Part shown: in pieces, positions 1-13,364 of the stretch
Numbering within the stretch: position 1 is the first letter of the stretch
Layout of the letters: every line of letters begins with the position of its first letter
Program-made: the position numbers and the translations under genes
The notes under the pieces: generated by a model
What the model saw: the letters and a program-made list of their open reading frames with translations, nothing else
The model's database searches: none
Told to the model about the DNA's origin: nothing
Assembly (NCBI GenBank): GCA_039096225.1
Contig: JBBPEB010000011.1
Location: 1-64,000 of the forward strand
DNA length: 64,000 nt
Source: Blastocystis sp. Blastoise
Lineage: Eukaryota > Protista > Bigyra: Opalinata
Direction: 5' to 3'

Positions 1-1052
1 TATGTTTTCTTATTTATGCTTTTACAATTAACTACTATAAAACACTTCTTTTTATTTCTTATCATAATCTCTTATATTCATTGTTATGTCTCCGTTATTG
101 TATATTTATTTATTAATTATAATAAAAGTATTTTTACTTTATATAATAAAAAGTTTTATAGATGTTTTATTTTTTAATAACAAAATTTTTTATATATACA
201 ATATTACTTATTACTATTAATTATCATCATATTTTTCACTCTATATTTCTTTCTCACTATTTTATACCTTATATTAGCTGATAAGACTAATTATTTTATA
301 ACAAAATAAATGCTTTATATATTAATTCTTTTTTCACTAAACGTTCTCTAATTTCGTTATATCTTGTTTTTAAAAATATTCTTCACGAGAAATTTTATTC
401 CACCATGTTATTATTACAGACAAAACTATGATCACTTTTTATATGAATTTCTACACAGTTTTCTATATTAAAGAGTGTTATTAACTTATAAATTATTTAT
501 TCTCCAATATTTCTTTTATCTATCATCACAATGAATAATACAACAATTATCAAGTGTGGCACAAAAAGAAATTTGAAACCATTAATGTCATATTCGGATA
601 GCATTTAAATATATGCTTACATCTTATTCTTCATAATGATAACCATATTTCGATCTTTACTATTCTATTAACGTGAGAACACAGCAAAGTCTTTAATACA
701 TTTATTTGAATGAGTGCCAGACTTCGAGAATTTCTTAACTTTAAAGCTGTCCGACAATTGAAGTTCATTTAAACATCAAATAAGCAACTTTTCTATTTGT
801 TAATCCAATCATTCAACAAAAATGTTGAGCTATATATTATCGATTTCTTTCTTCTTTAGTTATCTTCATTCTCTAGCTACTAAAAATATAGAATTACTCT
901 TAATCGCATCCTATATATGAATACAATAGTAATGAACTAATTCGTTATTTTCCTAAAAATATCCAAAAACCACTGATGAATTTCAGAAAAACCAAAAATA
1001 GACAATTTTTCAATCATTTTTTATTCTTTTCAAAAGCTTGTCATTATTATCA

Positions 1053-2537
1053 ATGAGCAAGAATATTCTGTTGATATTAGCATTTTTGTCTTGTGTTGTC
1101 AATGCTATCTCATTTACGAACAGACATATTTATTCAAAAGATGATACTGTATGTGTGTCCCTTATTTATTTGTAATAAACTATTTCTTAGATGAAAGTAT
1201 ATGCTTCTTCGTTATTTTCTGAAGAAAAACAATCCTCTCATTTTTTCTACGATTTACCATTTTGCAAACCATCCGTTGTCATTCCTAATCAATCTAATAT
1301 TGGAGATCTCATCATTAATTCCGAACGATACAATACGTTTTATATATTTAAAACACAGATGGATATCAATAAACCCATTTTTGTGTGTACCAAAACTTTC
1401 ACTGATGAAGATCTTGATCAATTTGAGTATTTCATGGAAAACAATTATAAAGTTACATGGTATTTATATTTATATTGTCTATATATTTGTTTTTAAAATA
1501 ATCATTATTTTATTTAGGATGATTGATTCATTACCCGCTGCTATTCTATTAAGAAAACCCTCAAATATAACAATTCCAACCTATACAACTGCTCATAAAA
1601 TTGGATATATTAATCATGAGAAACAGTTTTGCATTTATAATCATTTAAGTTTTATGGTTGATTTAAAAGAAGATACAAAAAATCATTATACAATTGTAGG
1701 CTTCCAAGTTCTTCCAAAATCTATTCCTTATATAAAGAAAGATGATGATTTTATCATTACAACAAAGAAGACATGTGCTGTATGTTATATATATATATAT
1801 ATCTTGTATTATTAACTCTATTTCAATATATTTTTTCTATATAGTCTGTTTATGTTGATGAATCCGTTTCATTTTCTTATGATGTTCACTTCCGTACTAG
1901 TGTGTCTCAAGATATTACTATTTGGAATAATATTATATATAAAACTAGACATCCCACTATACATTGGTTTACATTAACCAATAACTTATTCATGATTCTA
2001 TTTGTGACTGTATATATATATATATATATTTGTTTTTGTTTTTATCATTTTATTCATTCAGATTTATATTGTTTCATATAGAATGCATATTATTTATTAT
2101 ATATTTCATTATAGATCCTTTTGGCTAATTTATTAATATATATATTTACAAATCACAAAGCTGGTTATAATCTTCTGGTATATATAAATAAATATTCATG
2201 TGTGCTTAATTATAGTTATATATATACATTATATAAATATAATATATTATAATATGAGCATATATTTACATATTTCGGATGCAATATTATATGATATTTT
2301 CCATTCATATTTTATCCTACAGAAATATACATGTTATAAATTATATTATCTATAGAATGTTACTGAAATTGAACAAGATACTATTAATAATACATGGAAA
2401 TTAATTTTTTCAGATGTTTTCAGACCTCCTACTTATTTTCATGTTCTTTGTGTGCTTACAGCTACTGGTGTATATATATATATATATAAGTTTTTTCTTT
2501 TCAATTTATTTATAGTTTTTTATCAATATGGAAATAT

Positions 2538-2600
<63 letters not shown>

Positions 2601-4073
2601 TTCAACTTGCTTTATCTCTTGGTTGTACTCTGTTAATTCCTTCTATTCCCTATATATCTCAATATATATCTGTTACTCTTCCTTCAGATCTTATTCATTG
2701 GTTCACTATATTCTACTTATTCTTCTCTTTCCTTAATGGATATATTACTTTTTATATGTATTTATAATAATAATAATAATATATATTCTTCTATCAATAA
2801 TAATAATAATATATATATATATATATATAGACTTCATCATTATGAGCATCCTTCTTCACTTACTTTAGGATATATCTCTGTTATTCCTTTTTCTGTTCTT
2901 TATTTCGTTTCTGTTACTATTCTTCATTTAATATGGATATTTGCAGACTTTCAAGAAATACGATCTATATGTATGTATATATATTTAATACTCTTCAATA
3001 TATTCATTAATAACATATATATATTTAATACTCTTCAATATTTTTAATTATGTACTATTATCCTATTCTATGTGTATATTCATTAATTATTACATCTATA
3101 TATAATTATGTTGTTTTCTTCCTTCTATTCTTTAATATATCTATTGGTTTTAATTATATTGGTGCTTATTGTTCAAATATCCCTCGTGACTCGTATATAC
3201 CTATTGACTCAAAATCGACAAAGAGAGATATTCCTCAACAATCTATGTATATACTATTTCTTTCAAATATATTTATTCTTTATTAAAAATAATTTTTCAT
3301 CCTTATTTCTTTTTATAAATAATTTATTGAAATATTGTTTTTATAAATCAAATAATATATAGTTCTAGCTTCATTAATTATAACTATATATATTTCTAAT
3401 GATCGACTATTTATATATATATCGTTTCTATATATACTGATTCTCTATTTATATATTATAACACACTATATTTATCTCTATATTTATAGATGGACTTCAA
3501 CCACTGTACATGGTATTATTGTTGGTTTAGTTACTTATTTAGCTATTTATTATGATCTATTCACTATTACTGACAATATACTACATAAACAAACCTTATT
3601 ATATGCACAATATTCTTCCTATTCCTATTTTATGTCCTTATGTATTTCCACGGGACTCTCTCTTCTTCTCTTATTCTCAAAATTATCTTGTGAAAATTAT
3701 GAATGGTGGTGGTCATCTTATATTGTTCCTTCCTCTATTGGAATTGTTAACTTTGTTATTAGTATGATTTATTTCACTGCCAAATATCATATCAAAACAC
3801 TCTCAGCTTGTATATATATATATGCTTAATTTATATCACATTTTTTAATTTAATTTTACTATAAATCATGAATCTATTTGTATATATATTCATACCTATT
3901 TTTAACTATTTTATAATTTAATCATGAATAATGAATCTATATATATAGTACTTATTTTAACTGTAGAAATTGGACTGATTTCTATTATATTATCCATTAT
4001 TTATGGAGGTATAGGATTCTTCTTCTGTTTCCAATTCGTTAAAACTATTTATGGTACTCTTCGTATCGATTAA
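1053..4073 (+). CDS. Transmembrane 9 superfamily (TM9SF/EMP70, nonaspanin) protein, about 11 exons
   Basis: Signal-peptide start MSKNILLILAFLSCVVNA. Family motifs YDLPFC, IYNHLSF, IVGFQVLPKS, IHWF, WKLIFSDVFRPP, CENYEWWWSS and C-terminal IYGTLRID*. Exons joined manually. Confidence 0.9.
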
Positions 4074-4612
4074 TTATGATATATATGTATATATATTCAT
4101 TTATACATCATTTTAATCATTCGAATTTTATATACTTATTTTCTCAATATATGTATTACTTCTGTACCCTGTGTATAATTAATTTTCATTTTCTTCTTAA
4201 ATGTTGAATATCTTAAATATTTTTTTATTATTATTCTCTTCTTTATATATTATTCTTGTATGAATTCTTGTTCATATAAACAAAAGAATAATTTTTTTTA
4301 AATATGGAATCATTCTTATATATGTTTTTTCTTCTTTGTATGTATATACTCTCAAGATATACTATTTATTTGAATTTTCTTTAGTTTGTTTTTTAATAAT
4401 AGTATTTATTATTTTTTCTTGTTTTCAGATTCAAACATTATTTTAGAAACATCAATCATCATAAAAATAGTTCATATATATAAAGATCATTATGTTAGAA
4501 ATTCTAGTGATTGTTTATAAAAGTTAATGTAAAACAAATCAACAAATATATGCGCTACATGTTAATCGAAAGAATAATAAGAAATCAATAATATATATAT
4601 ATGAGTTTATTG

Positions 4613-5122
4613 TTATTCATCATCTATTCCATCATCATCAAAATCGGGTGTCATGTCTACTTCATCAATATTCTCTAATTCTTGATCATCAACATAAGGA
4701 ACAGATGACGATATATCTAATGAAGATAAACTATCTAACTTCTTTTGAGCATTTTCATATTCTTTATTTATATAATCCAAAGAATTCTCATATTTTCCTT
4801 GATAGCATTCTGTATAATAAGTCATTAAAGGTTTACTTACTGGTAAAATAGCTTCAGATTCTATTTCAATATCGTAGTTATCCTCAAGTATTGAAATGAA
4901 ATATTCATTGATTGCATTGGATGTAACTGTAGCATATTTATGAGAAAACCACTTTGCTTTCATGTATCCAATAAAGTCATCTATTAAAGCACAACCCATC
5001 TCAAATGAATCTTCACCACCATAACCATCTTGGACAATCATAGAAAATACTTTCCAATTAATCAATATAGTTTTTATTATCTTCTTATATATTTCAAACC
5101 CTTCAGCTGTTCCTGTACTCAT
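4613..5122 (-). CDS. TSR2: Pre-rRNA-processing protein TSR2 homolog (intronless)
   Basis: 169-aa ORF with ILINWKVFSMIVQDGYGG (WGG-domain-like), LEDNYDIEIE and an acidic C-terminal PDFDDDG. Confidence 0.75.
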   Translation of the reverse strand: MSTGTAEGFEIYKKIIKTILINWKVFSMIVQDGYGGEDSFEMGCALIDDFIGYMKAKWFSHKYATVTSNAINEYFISILEDNYDIEIESEAILPVSKPLMTYYTECYQGKYENSLDYINKEYENAQKKLDSLSSLDISSSVPYVDDQELENIDEVDMTPDFDDDGIDDE

Positions 5123-5497
5123 TGATATTGAATATACATATATATATAAAGAAACTATGAGAATCCCCCCGTTTATTCCTTTTTATTGACTTTAAAAATT
5201 CCTTTTTTCATTCTTATTTTTGTTTTCATTATTATTTTGTAATTTAATGATATCTCTTATATTTTATCTTGTCATAGTGTTATGAGGTATTCACTAAGAA
5301 TAATATGATTTCTAAAAACTAAATACAACACGAAGTCAAACAATAATGCTTGTTTGATTCAAAATAGGCAACTATAAACAATGTATTCAGACTATAATAA
5401 TTTGAAATTCATTAGATTTTAGAAACAAAAATAAAGAATAAAATTCAATAAAATAATAAATGGAGTTTTTTCAACAATATAGATGTTCTTCACTATT

Positions 5498-7261
5498 TTA
5501 TTCAATTCCGTTATCTTTAAAAAATGAATTCATCGATAAAGAAGATCCAAGAATATTTTTCATCATTTGATTTCCATCAATTGTATTACCTTTTTCTAAT
5601 AATTCTTTACGTACTTGAAATCCAGCTTCTTTGTTAAGTTCATTTCCATTCATTATATAATGAGATAATTCACTACTATATAATTCTGCCCAGTTATATC
5701 CATAATATCCACATATATAATAATCAGTAACAAGATGTAATGCAGAAGCAATAGGATATATATCAGGAACTAGATCAAAATATCCATATTTTGATTTTAT
5801 ATCTTGTTGAACCTATTTATAATAAAAATATAATATATATAATGAATTATAATATATATATAATAAAAGAATGTTTATATAAATAATGTTTTTATATAAA
5901 TAATGTTTTTATAATTAATTAATGTTTTTATAAGAAAAAAATGATTATATAATTAAATAATGTTTTTATAAGAAAAAAATGATTATATAATTAAATAATG
6001 TTTATATAATAAAACAATGTTTATATAATAAAATAATGTTTATATAATAAAATAATATTTCTATATAATAAGTCTAAGAAAAATAAAATAATAATGATTC
6101 TATATACTTTGACAATATCTTGATATGTATTTGTATGTAAACAATAATCATAATGTGAGAATAAAGCAATATCATGAATAATATAAGGAGTTTTAAAAAG
6201 TTTGGATTGTACCAAGTTATGAATCATAGATTTTGGAAGTGATTGATGAGTTGTTTTATGACATGATATTGTAGAGAGAATAGATGGGTTATATATAAGA
6301 TGTTCTATTAACTATAGAGATAATCATTAGAATATAAGTATATATATAAATATACAGTAGAAGGAACTTCAAGGAAGTCATCTTGCGTATTCATACCACT
6401 TAATAATGCCATAGGTACATTAGACGTCAATTGATGAATAGCATGTCCCATTTCATGAAAGAGAATAGCTACTTCTTCATGAGATAGATATACAGGAGAC
6501 GAAGGAGAAGAAGGAGGAGTTATATTACTTATAATCAAAGAACTAGACAACTAGAGAATATATAAGGTCATAATTAACATATAAGAATTATAGTCATTAT
6601 TATTATTATTTAAAATAGTCACAATAATAACGTTTTTATTCAATAATTTATATAATAATGTTTTATAAATAATTTATATAAAAATATTAAATTATTTTAA
6701 TATGAATAATTATAATTAATTATCTATCTATTTAAGATAAAAAATATATATATATTGTTTATATACAAGTTGTTTTCCTTGATATATGCATGGATTTTGA
6801 AGAGGTAAATTTTGTGAATAAGAATATTTATCTATTTAAATATATATATAAATTTACATTAAAAAAAAATACTTTTTCTAGGTAATAGATCTAAGAATAA
6901 GATTCCTTGTTGTTGAGTATAGGGTGTTGAGTCTTTATTATATTGATTATAATCCTTTGTATTATATACTTTATATACATATACAGAAGGATCCCAAGTA
7001 CTGATTTCATTTGTTCTATATATATTATTATGATAATATATTAATCTTATTATACTTTTCAAAATGGAGTCCAAATAAATATTCAACAATAGTAAATAAT
7101 TGTTGAATAACATGATCAAATGGGAAATACTCACGTATTTCCTCTTGATTTATCTATATATATAATGAAATAGAAATTATTTCATAATATATAAATAAAT
7201 AAATTAATTAATTAATTAATTAATTAATAAATTAATAAATAAATAAATAAATAAATAAATA

Positions 7262-7318
<57 letters not shown>

Positions 7319-8921
7319 ATAAATAAATAAATAAATAAATAAATACATGATAATTCTGTTGTATATATTGATTTGTATAATATAGATAATCATATTCATA
7401 AAAGTGAGTATTCTTCGTATCTTTATATTTCATTTCCTTTAATATAGATATATTTTTCTTTACTGTTGGCGCTGTTCTATGTATAATATTCATATTAAAA
7501 TCTCTAACAGTATCTGGATTCTTTGACATTCGTTTCTCTGTCATATACTCACCCATATTATGATACCTATACGTATAGAACATAGACACTATACTATATT
7601 ACATACCCTAATAATGAAGAGACTTCTTGTCGTAACCTCAGTATATTTTTCATAATATTTAAATTAGTAATTCCTCCCCTTTGATAAAAAGAAACATAGG
7701 CCTTCCTTCTGGTATCTTCTTTCTTACATTGAGTATAGAGTATATTCATATGAGGATAAGTAAGACTAATCCTATATAGTCCATCACTATCTTTAGGAAG
7801 ACTCTCTAAAAACAAAGAGGAACAACCTATTTATAATAGTATAAAACTAGGAAATGTAGAAATAAGATAACTGTAATGAAATATATATTTGATTTATTTT
7901 AATAAAAAATAATATTATATTTTAATATATTCATAAATATATAAACATACCCTCCAATTCACCAGAATTCAGAAGTAATTCGGTAGAATCATTTCCTAAA
8001 TTATTTCGAAATTGTAATGATAAATCAAGTAACTCAGACATCTTTTTAGTATATAAACACTTTTTGTCCGGAGACAATGAAACACCATTTCTTCTATAAA
8101 GAATATTATTGGTATATTATATAATATATATTATATATTATATATTATATATTATATTATATATTATTTTATTATTATATTATATTATATAAACTATATT
8201 AAATATTATTATATAAATTTATAACATTTATAATATTTTAACATATATAACTTTTAACATTTAAATAACTTTTAACATTTAACATTTTTTTAACATTTAA
8301 AACAAATACTTTTATATACCTAAAATTGGATATAATAGTATCTATATATTTTTCTTCAACATATGAATATTGAATTCCTTGTTTATGTCGCTCTTCTAAT
8401 TAGAATATAATTTTTATAAAATGTGGAACATAAATTTATACATATTACATACCATTAAATAAATTAATTGCATTATAAAGATCAGAATTAGATAATCGTT
8501 TATTCTATACATATATAAACATCGATAGGATCATATTATACAAAACATACTAATATACTTGAAAAGAAAGCAATTCACCAGACTGTAATACAGAACAATC
8601 ACGAACTTCTTGTAAAGGAGAGACTTCTTTTAGGAATGAACAATTATTAACTAATAAAATAGTAACTAATCAATCCTTAAGATACATGAAAACATATATT
8701 GAGCATCATTATCCATATATGGTTGAATGGTATTACGAAATGTTCGGTCTTTCATTGATATTCGAATAATTTCATCATCTCTTTTCTTTATTTGTTGCAT
8801 CTTTATATATATAAGCACATTATTTAATTATGAGAAGAATAGATTCTAATACACATTGCTGAGACAATTGCTTTATTTGACAAGCTGAAATAGTAGGAAG
8901 TATTTTAAATAAACCACTCAT
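5498..8921 (-). CDS. M3A metallopeptidase (thimet oligopeptidase/neurolysin/oligopeptidase A family), multi-exon
   Basis: LFHEMGH zinc motif, DFLEVPS, EIREYFPFDHV and YGYNWAE in exons joined by GT-AG introns. Confidence 0.9.
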
Positions 8922-9467
8922 TGTATATAGAAAAATAAAGACTTAAATGATTCATAAAAAATAATTAATAAAATCCCTAAAATTATTTTTTATATTTATT
9001 TTTTGAATTACTCTGGGTCACCTATTTTTTTTTATTCTAAATAAAATATTATTTGGTAGTTTTATAATATTGTTTATACTATACATTTGAAATTAGGCTT
9101 ATTCATAACACTAATCTCACACAGACAATTAGTGATCTCCTAGAAGAACTTCTATAGTTCTTCTTTCCGTTAATATTATATTTCTCTACCTCAATCCATC
9201 TATAAACTATTTTCATTTAAAAGTTGAATGTGATTCTTATCTTTAAGAACATATTTGAATCAAGTATAAATATATACATGGAAATACCACATTCATTTTA
9301 TATACAACAAATATAAAAAAAAATAATTCTTACAATTCATAATGGTCATCATTAGAAAACAAAAGGTATTTGTGATATAAAAACATGAGATATTATGCAC
9401 AATGATAAAATAATATATAATTTATAGATATATGCCAAACAATAAAATGATATTATTTGTTTTTAAA

Positions 9468-10255
9468 CTACATATCAGGAAAGATAACTTTATGTATTGC
9501 ATTCATGACTTGAGGACGAATTGAAGGACTAGATACAAGAATACCGTGATTATTTGATAATTTCTTTCCTGTAGAGAAATCGATTTCTTTATTAAGAATA
9601 TCTGTTACAATTAATCCTGATTCTTTTGCTATAATATACCCTGCAGCATGGTCCCATACATTCTCCTATATAGTATATATAGATAACAACACTATATATA
9701 TCAATATATAGGAAAATAAAACAAGAATATATAAAAAATATCTATAAACAATGTATTCATACTTTATAGTCATTTGTTGGTTTATATCGATAATAAACAT
9801 GTGCATCTCCACGTGCTACTAAGCAATATTTAGTCATACTATCAATATATATAGATTGTGTATTGTTATTTAATTCTTGTTTAATAGAATCTAAAATGGA
9901 CACATTAGAGTGACCACGTTCATAGCTAGTGACGAACACAGCGTCAGATACCGATTGGATATCATGACAACAGATAGCACGTGATATATGGGTATCTAGA
10001 TCAATCATTTTAACACCTGATGATTGTTGAGCTACAAAGATACATCCTTTTGGAAAAGAATCATATATATTTAAAGAAGAAGAAAAAGAAGAAAACGATA
10101 AATTTGGACTTGATATTATTCCTATTAATATAAATAATATTGATGTTTAATAAAAATTAATAATTTCAACATTTTTATATATAAAATAATATAGATAATT
10201 ATATTTTATAAAAAAATAATATATAAAATAATATAAATATTTATTTTTTATAAAA

Positions 10256-10319
<64 letters not shown>

Positions 10320-11163
10320 ACATAAAAATTTACCAAAAAAAGGTGTATGATTATGTATATACGCTAATCCGATAGCATAATACTGTTTACGAATAAATCC
10401 TTTAGTTCCATCAATCGGATCTAAAACCCAATAGTCATGATTCGTGTCAATATTGTTATTATTTGATAATACTTCAATAATATCTTGTTCTGTATCTACA
10501 TAAAGAAATAGAAACTTTATATAAAGAAATAAAAACTTTATATAAAGAAAAACTTTATATATAAAGAATTAAAAACTTTATATAAAGAAATAAAAATTTT
10601 ATATAAAGAAATAAAAACTTTATTAAGAAAAACTTTATATAAAGAAAAACTTTATAAAGAAAAACTTTATATATAAAGAATTAAAAACTTTATATAAAGA
10701 AATAAAAACTTTATTAAGAAAAACTTTATATAAAGAAAAACTTTATATAAAGAAATAAAAACTTTATATAAATATTAACAATCTAAATACATATATCGGA
10801 TTCAAATGCCTGATTGACATAGGTTGTCACTCTTTCTAAGCAATCTTTTCCTTGAGACGTTTGAAGAAAATTCGAATCTTCTTCAGCTACTAATTTGAAA
10901 TTTTCTTTACCAAAGAGACGAATCAAATGTAATGATATAATTGCTTGTACAGAGTAATCAGCAACTGTTACTGGACTTAAATCAGATTTACTGATCACAT
11001 TTTCTGAAGATATTGTTTTCTATAGATAAAGAAAAATAAAAAAAATATTTTAAACATATAAAATAATCAAAATATATGACTATCTATATACTTGTATTTC
11101 TTTTGATATTAATGAAGCCTTACGGACAACATCTATTGCTGCATTTAAATACTTTGTGAACAT
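9468..11163 (-). CDS. 3'(2'),5'-bisphosphate nucleotidase (SAL1/HAL2/MET22 family), 5 exons
   Basis: KSDLSPVTVADYSVQ, AEED, WVLDPIDGTKGF, DSMTKYCLVARGDA and ENVWDHAAG. Confidence 0.93.
10501..10770. repeat. Intronic minisatellite (AAAACTTTATATAAAGA-like unit) in SAL1 intron
   Basis: More than 10 degenerate tandem copies visible. Confidence 0.85.
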
Positions 11164-11632
11164 TCTGTATAAATCATTGTTAAATTAAAAGCGAATAAAT
11201 ATAATTAATGAATAATAAAGTAATGTTCTATAGATTCTATATCAATTTAAACCTCAAAAATTCAGATCTTAATGATTTTTCAAAAAGATTATAATAAATA
11301 TATAAATAATTAATATGTATTGTATATCAAAAATAGTCAAAGAATAATCTTGTAATAAATATATATACAAATAAATGATCGAGTTCTTAATAAACAAAGT
11401 CAAATAAAAAAGTGATTAAAAATGAAAAGCTAGTTATAAAAACATCAGTTTCACGGGGATTTCTTTCATTGAAAATAAAATTCCATTTCAGATATATTTG
11501 CTTTTTTCTATAAAAAATATATATTTTAAACACAACTTCAAAAGAAAACCGCGATTCTTAAGTAAGGTGTCCATTTCAAGAAATGTATCTTTTCTTTTTA
11601 TATTATTTATTAAGTAGTTATTTCTTTTTATC

Positions 11633-12185
11633 ATGATCCAATTTTTCTTGATTGTTAATAAATTAGGTCAGACTCGTATGTCTGTTTATTACGAGTTCTT
11701 AAACATTGATCAAAGAGTACAACTTGAAGGTGAATGTGTTCGTAAATGTCTTGGTGTAAAGGATAATCAATGTAATTTCATTGAATATGATAAATATAAG
11801 ATTATTTTCAGACGTTATGCTTCTATTTTCTTTATTGTTGGTGTAGATCTTGAAGGAGAAGATAATGAAATTGGTATTCTTGAATTTATTCATTGTTATG
11901 TTGAAACATTAGATAAATTCTTTGGTAATGTTGTATGTTTTTATTATTTTTGTTTATTTATTATTTATTTATTATTTTAATTATATTTCTATATGTATTT
12001 CCAACAATACAAAAATAATATTCCAAAATGATAATATATAGTGTGAATTAGATATTATGTTTAATCTTGAGCGTGCTCATTTTGTTTTAGATGAAATGGT
12101 TTGTAATGGTGAAGTAGTAGATACTAATTTAAAGAATATCACTAGACCTCTTGAATTAATGGAAAAAGCTAGAGCTAAATGTTAA
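11633..12185 (+). CDS. AP4S1: AP-4 adaptor complex subunit sigma, 2 exons
   Basis: MIQFFLIVNKLGQTR, RRYASIFFIVG, ILEFIHCYVETLDKFFGNV|CELDIMFNLERAHFVLDEMV. GT-AG intron ends at 12041. Confidence 0.88.
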
Positions 12186-12800
12186 GCTAACCAAATAAAT
12201 CTATAAGTATTCATTTTGCATCAGTATTGTTATATTTCTATTTATCATTCTGTTTTAATTTATTACGCTATTTTATTCAAGAATTTTTTTTGGTTATATT
12301 TAACAATAAATCTATATATATTTAACAATAAATCTATAATATATTTAACAATAAATCTATAATATATTTAACAATAAATCTATAATATATTTAAAAATAA
12401 ATCTATAATATAAATTAAAAAAACGAATTATTTACAATATAATTTCATTTTTCAATGATTTATTATTCCATTTATTGTTATTACATAAAAATCATTCTTT
12501 TTTTATTGCACAAAAATGACAACTGAATATATATATATTTTAATACAACTAAAATAATTCATGACTATAAATATACTATTAAACTACAAATTTTTTTTTA
12601 TAAATTGTTTTTTTTAAATATATAATAAACAATAAAAACTAATGAATCTCAACAAAAAGCCAAAAACAAAATGTATACTATTGAATAATATCAGTGAATA
12701 TAAAAAATAATTCAACTTAAAGTAATATAAAATATAAATATAAAGAAGTAAAATATTAATAAAAAGAAAATACGAAATCAGTTTATAATAATAATAATAA

Positions 12801-12831
<31 letters not shown>

Positions 12832-13364
12832 TTTTAATTGATTAATTGGTAATAGAAGATAATATTATGAATCGTTTATATATAACTATAGAAAATAATA
12901 TAAATGAAATGGAGAGTTGATAAATGCAATCATATATATTTTTAATATGAAATAAAAAATATGACTAAAATATTATTAAGATGAAATAAGAAAATAAAAT
13001 AATATATTTCTAATAAATATATAGAACTAATGAACATTTTTTTATAACTTTCTTATTTCTTAATAAATATTTTACATATGAAAAATAATGTATGTAAATG
13101 TATGTAGATATGAATTATATATATTTAAAGAACATAAAAATATATACATTAAAATTACCATAAGATAAAATAGACTATAAGTGAAAAAAGAAGATAAATA
13201 GGTTATATAAATAAAATTAAAAGAATAGAAGAGCTATTTATAATAATAAATAAACGATTCAAAAAAAAAAAAAAAGTGATAAAAAAGAAAGAAAAAAAAA
13301 AGTGAAAAATAAAGTAAGAATAATTATTATAGAGTTAATAGAAATAATAATATAGAATAGAAGA

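Noticed and set aside
1-1050. Possible gene or ncRNA in the first kilobase
   Set aside because: No recognisable ORF, tRNA or snRNA features.
8651-8685. GTATCTT donors (M3 peptidase intron; also 63719) as U12 GT-AG introns
   Set aside because: No TTCCTTxAY-like branch motif near the acceptors; treated as ordinary U2 introns.
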